Assembly: GCA_051652765.1 (NCBI GenBank) | Contig: JBOFUV010000129.1 | Location: forward strand, 1 to 31,337 | Direction: 5' to 3' | Source: Microcoleaceae cyanobacterium | Lineage (GTDB): Bacteria; Cyanobacteriota; Cyanobacteriia; Cyanobacteriales; Microcoleaceae | DNA: 31,337 bases | Shown: positions 27,505 to 31,337 of the stretch, piece by piece | Layout of the letters: every line of letters starts with the position of its first letter | Position numbering within the stretch: the first letter of the stretch is position 1 | Notes under the pieces: generated by a model | Told to the model about the DNA's origin: nothing | Database searches by the model: none | Seen by the model: only the letters and a program-made list of their open reading frames with translations | Translations under genes and position numbers: made by a program

Positions 27505-28569
27505 ATGACCGAATCGACCCAAACCCCCTATCTGTTGCGTGCTGCGCGTGGTGAAGTATTGGATCGCCCTCCCGTGTGGATGATGCGACAGGCGGGTCGC
27601 TATATGAAAGCGTATCGAGATTTACGAGAAAACTATCCGTCTTTTCGGGAACGGTCTGAAAACCCTGACATTGCGATCGAAATTTCTCTACAACCGTTTC
27701 GGGCCTTTGCACCCGATGGGGTAATTTTATTCTCAGATATTTTGACTCCATTGCCTGGAATCGGGATTAACTTTGACATTATTGAGAGCAAGGGGCCAAT
27801 TATTGACCCGCCCATTCGAAGTCTGGCCCAAGTGGAACAACTTCATCCCCTAGAACCAGAAGCCTCCATGCCCTTTATCAAGCCGATTCTCAACACCCTG
27901 CGGCAAGAAGTGGGGAACAACGCGACGGTTCTGGGATTTGTCGGCGCACCTTGGACATTGGCAGCCTATGCGGTTGAAGGCAAGAGTTCTAAAGACTACG
28001 CCATCATCAAGGGCATGGCCTTTTCTGAGCCCAGAATTTTGCATCAGTTTCTAGGGAAATTGGCGGATGCGATCGCCGTCTACGTTCGATATCAGATAGA
28101 TTGTGGGGCCCAGATTGTACAGATGTTCGACTCTTGGGCAGGCCAACTCAGTCCCCAAGACTACGATACCTTTGCCCTGCCTTACCAACAACGAGTGATT
28201 GAACAAGTTCGGCAAACCCATCCGGATACACCCTTGATTCTCTATATCAACGGCAGTGCGGGTATTCTAGAACGTATGGCCCAGTCTGGAGTAGACATGG
28301 TTAGCGTGGACTGGACGGTGGATATTGCTGAGGCCAGAAATCGTTTAGGTCATCATCTTGGCGTTCAAGGGAATATTGATCCCTGCGTTTTGTTTGGATC
28401 AAAAGAATTGATTCGCGATCGCATTCTGGAAACCATCCGCAAGGCTGGACGCAAGGGACACATTTTGAACTTGGGTCATGGAGTTCTGCAAAAAACCCCG
28501 GAAGAAAACGTTGCCTATTTCTTTGAAACGGCAAAACAGGCCGACAAATTACTCTCTGTTTCTGTTTAG
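27505..28569 (+). CDS. hemE: Uroporphyrinogen decarboxylase
   Basis: [51 protein letters not shown]. Confidence 0.98.
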   Translation: MTESTQTPYLLRAARGEVLDRPPVWMMRQAGRYMKAYRDLRENYPSFRERSENPDIAIEISLQPFRAFAPDGVILFSDILTPLPGIGINFDIIESKGPIIDPPIRSLAQVEQLHPLEPEASMPFIKPILNTLRQEVGNNATVLGFVGAPWTLAAYAVEGKSSKDYAIIKGMAFSEPRILHQFLGKLADAIAVYVRYQIDCGAQIVQMFDSWAGQLSPQDYDTFALPYQQRVIEQVRQTHPDTPLILYINGSAGILERMAQSGVDMVSVDWTVDIAEARNRLGHHLGVQGNIDPCVLFGSKELIRDRILETIRKAGRKGHILNLGHGVLQKTPEENVAYFFETAKQADKLLSVSV

Positions 28570-28677
28570 AGGGTTCTGTTAGACAGAAGATTGACTCGCT
28601 AAACAAGTATTTTTACTGTTCTTCCCAAACCATCTTTGTGTAGGAGTGAGATTCTTGTCCCGACTGCTCAAAACAGC

Positions 28678-29631
28678 ATGAACAAACGAGTTTTAATTAC
28701 TGGAGCCAGTGGTTGCATTGGTCATTATGTTGCTGAATATTTAATTCAGCAGACAGATCATGATTTGTACTTGATTGTTCGTCATCTAGACAAGTTAAAA
28801 TTCAATCTTCATGCCCGTCCAGGCATTCATGTTGTGCAGGCTGATCTGAGGCAACTGGATCAGTTTCAAGCCCTTTTACCAACGATTGAAATTGCAATTT
28901 TAATTGCAACCTCTTGGGGCGGACGAGAGGAAATTTTTGATATTAATGTGAACAGTGTTATTAGTCTGCTAAGTCATCTAAACCCCCAAGTTTGTGAACA
29001 GGTACTATACTTTTCAACGGCAAGTATTCTGAATTACAATCATCAACTGTTCCCTGAAGCACGGGACATTGGCACAGACTATATCCGTTCAAAATATGAG
29101 TGTTTATCCAAGATTCAGGAGCTTGCTCCCACCTTGCCACCCATTCGTGCTTTGTTTCCGACTTTGGTCTTGGGTGGGGATCAAAACAAGCCCTATTCCC
29201 ATCTGTCTTCAGGGATTTCAGAGGTCGTTAAATGGCTGCCCTTGATTCGTTGGTTCAAAACGGATGGGAGTTTTCATTTCATGCATGGGGCTGATATTGC
29301 TCAGGTTGTGGTTTACCTGGTGGAGCATCCAACCCCCTCTCAAAAGTCAGATCTACCAGAATACTTAATCCTGGGAAACTCGGCCCTTACCGTTAACCAA
29401 GCTGTTGAACAAGCCTGCAAGTTTTTTCAGCAACGCATTTATTTTCGATTCAATCTTTCCCTGTGGTTGGCAAACGTTTTCATCGTGATCTTCCGAATTC
29501 AAATGGCAGATTGGGATCGGTTCTGCCTGAATTATCGCCATTTTACCTATCAAGATCCAGTTAGTCCAGCAACTTTTAATTTGCCAACGTATTGCGCTAA
29601 TTTTACAGATACTCTAAAGCTGACCCATTAA
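28678..29631 (+). CDS. NAD(P)-dependent epimerase/dehydratase (extended SDR) family protein
   Basis: VLITGASGCIG Rossmann motif, YFSTAS, YIRSK (YxxxK-like); ATG 28678 preferred. Confidence 0.88.
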   Translation: MNKRVLITGASGCIGHYVAEYLIQQTDHDLYLIVRHLDKLKFNLHARPGIHVVQADLRQLDQFQALLPTIEIAILIATSWGGREEIFDINVNSVISLLSHLNPQVCEQVLYFSTASILNYNHQLFPEARDIGTDYIRSKYECLSKIQELAPTLPPIRALFPTLVLGGDQNKPYSHLSSGISEVVKWLPLIRWFKTDGSFHFMHGADIAQVVVYLVEHPTPSQKSDLPEYLILGNSALTVNQAVEQACKFFQQRIYFRFNLSLWLANVFIVIFRIQMADWDRFCLNYRHFTYQDPVSPATFNLPTYCANFTDTLKLTH

Positions 29632-29688
29632 CACTGATCAGGTAACACCTATTAATTAACACTTATCAAGCATCAGTGAATATATAAT

Positions 29689-29723
29689 TTGAGCCGAGTT
29701 AACCCTAAATTAACTCGGCTCAA
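29689..29723. terminator. Perfect 14-bp hairpin between convergent genes (probable bidirectional terminator)
   Basis: TTGAGCCGAGTTAA-ccctaaa-TTAACTCGGCTCAA. Confidence 0.75.
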
Positions 29724-29743
29724 TTCCCTTAAACCAATCCCCC

Positions 29744-30040
29744 TCAGCCCATCTCTATCTTTAATAACCGCTTACCGTGAATTACGGCTATGACGGTAAC
29801 AGTTTCTCCCTGAATTCGATAGAGAACGCGATAAATATAAGCAAACCTTTCCCGAATGGCTTCATTGCCAAACTCTTGAGCAATTTCTCCAGTAAAGGGA
29901 TTGTCTGCGAGATCTCGTGTCACTTCAATCACTCGTTGGGCTACGGCTGCAGCATAGGAAACAGAGTCCCTCGCAATGTATGCAGCAATAGCATCCATAT
30001 CATCAATAGCTTGAGGTGACCAAACTACTTGATAACCCAT
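29744..30040 (-). CDS. Type II toxin, RelE/ParE family
   Basis: YQVVWSPQAIDDMDAIAAYIARDS…LADNPFTG…IRE…YRVLYRI…VTVIAVIHG. Confidence 0.9.
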   Translation of the reverse strand: MGYQVVWSPQAIDDMDAIAAYIARDSVSYAAAVAQRVIEVTRDLADNPFTGEIAQEFGNEAIRERFAYIYRVLYRIQGETVTVIAVIHGKRLLKIEMG

Positions 30041-30213
30041 TTACTCAATAAACCCTCTGCTTCTACCTGTGTAAACTTTCTAACAGTGTCAGCCATGGAA
30101 ACTCCATGTCGGTACTTTTCAATTACATATAAGTGGTATTGAACATCTTCGAGAGAACAGTCTTCAGGTAAACTTTTTAACAAAGACTCCACTTCCTTTT
30201 TGATAGAGCTCAT
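30025..30213 (-). CDS. Putative cognate antitoxin of the RelE/ParE toxin
   Basis: 62 aa, LPEDCSLEDVQYHLYVIEK motif, upstream of the toxin with a 16-nt overlap. Confidence 0.8.
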   Translation of the reverse strand: MSSIKKEVESLLKSLPEDCSLEDVQYHLYVIEKYRHGVSMADTVRKFTQVEAEGLLSKWVIK

Positions 30214-30488
30214 AAATTATTAGTGTATTTTTGTTCAGATAACCCCCATTATACCCCTTTTCTTAATGTTGAAAGGATTATACAGAACAGTACCTAGCAG
30301 CAGTTAGCTATTAGGCAGAACCAAGAAATTCAAAGGTTCACAAGAACTCTGATTTCTTTCAACAAGGCTCAGTCGGTCAAACCTTACCCAAACTTATTTT
30401 AAGTAAATCACACGCAATGAGAATGATATCAGAATTTATCTGGTTTGAGCAGATAGAATTTGACAGAACCTTCAGCTAGTCACTTTAG

Positions 30489-31337
30489 CTAGTAATCTTG
30501 ATACTGTGCGATCGCCTCTCCCATTTTCGTGATCACCTCAGCAACGGGTCGATCTCCCAACTCCCCAGTTGCCCTTGTCCGGATACTCAGACTGTTGGAT
30601 TCAACCTCCTTGGCCCCGACAATCGCCATAACTGGAATCTTCTCCTTTTCAGCGTTCCGAATTTGCTTCCCTAGGCGTTCATGGCTGACATCTACTTCGG
30701 CCCGAATGCCATGGGAACGCATTTTTGCAGCAACCTCTTGGGCATAAGGGAAGAAGTCATCACTGACGGGCAAGAGACGAGCCTGAGTGGGGGACAGCCA
30801 GAGTGGGAAGTCCCCAGCATATTCCTCAATCAGAATGCCAATCAGTCGCTCCAGGGAACCAAAGGGAGCCCGATGGATCATGATCGGACGCTGACGGGTG
30901 CCATCCTCAGCAACATATTCTAGATCAAACCGCTCAGGCAAGTTATAGTCCACCTGAACCGTCCCCAGTTGCCACTCCCGTTCCAGGGCATCCTGAAAAA
31001 TAAAATCCAATTTTGGGCCATAAAATGCAGCTTCCCCCAATCCCAAGAAATGATTCATGCCCAGGGTTTCGACGGCCCGTTGGATTGCGCCTTGGGCATT
31101 CTCCCAGGCTGCATCAGAGCCAATATACTTGTCTGACGCTGGATCTCGAAAACTCAGTCTGGCCTTGAAATTTTTTAGTTGCAATTTCTGGAACACAGAG
31201 AGAATCAAGTCCACAACATTCAGAAATTCTGCATCAAGCTGCTCTGGAGTCACAAACAGATGGGAATCATCTACTGTGAAGCCCCGAACACGGGTTAAGC
31301 CCCCTAGCTCCCCAGACTGTTCATACCGATAAACCGT
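30489..31337 (-). CDS. thrS: Threonine--tRNA ligase, 3' part (5' end outside window)
   Basis: Frame open to the window edge: YRYEQSGELGGLTRVRGFTVDDSH, GEAAFYGPKLD, WQLGTVQVDY, IHRAPFGSLER, anticodon-binding domain. Confidence 0.98.
   Translation of the reverse strand, partial: TVYRYEQSGELGGLTRVRGFTVDDSHLFVTPEQLDAEFLNVVDLILSVFQKLQLKNFKARLSFRDPASDKYIGSDAAWENAQGAIQRAVETLGMNHFLGLGEAAFYGPKLDFIFQDALEREWQLGTVQVDYNLPERFDLEYVAEDGTRQRPIMIHRAPFGSLERLIGILIEEYAGDFPLWLSPTQARLLPVSDDFFPYAQEVAAKMRSHGIRAEVDVSHERLGKQIRNAEKEKIPVMAIVGAKEVESNSLSIRTRATGELGDRPVAEVITKMGEAIAQYQDY

Larger units (their letters stand above)
1333..30515. repeat. HIP1 octamer GCGATCGC dispersed through the window
   Basis: About 19 copies by eye, e.g. 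1333, 2646, 4151, 5690, 6757, 9054, 10490, 10507, 13772, 17425, 20587, 22229, 24296, 24399, 24831, 25454, 28069, 28415, 30508. Confidence 0.9.

Noticed and set aside
12434..31337. thrS and infC on the same strand as a possible disrupted thrS-infC operon
   Set aside because: They are 17.5 kb apart with ordinary core genes between; no island boundaries seen and no rpmI-rplT after infC

Overview
Cyanobacterial chromosomal window. The evidence is about 19 hand-counted HIP1 octamers (GCGATCGC) plus CP12, NhaS3, DUF3177 and DUF3146 genes. It is mostly housekeeping and conserved cyanobacterial genes: cp12, a GNAT, a ClC-CBS-USP channel, pth, tatA, infC, an alpha/beta hydrolase, a two-kinase relay, a fructosamine kinase, two divergent GT-C-type membrane proteins, a class A beta-lactamase-like serine hydrolase, a MelB-like MFS, nhaS3, hemE, an SDR, a RelE/ParE toxin-antitoxin pair and the 3' end of thrS. 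The strongest leads are: (1) a tight three-gene unit of an NTT/HEAT-repeat transporter, a stand-alone cyclic-nucleotide-binding protein and a bestrophin channel; (2) a ClC with Gln at the gating-glutamate position; (3) a family of four degenerate 100-160 bp non-coding elements with shared ~27-bp terminal inverted repeats and interchangeable hairpin cargo, two of which bracket the DUF2079 gene in inverted orientation; (4) a hairpin-rich ~600-bp leader upstream of the GNAT; (5) repeated 10-15-bp tandem duplications at gene boundaries. All family calls come from motif recognition by eye; no database search was run.
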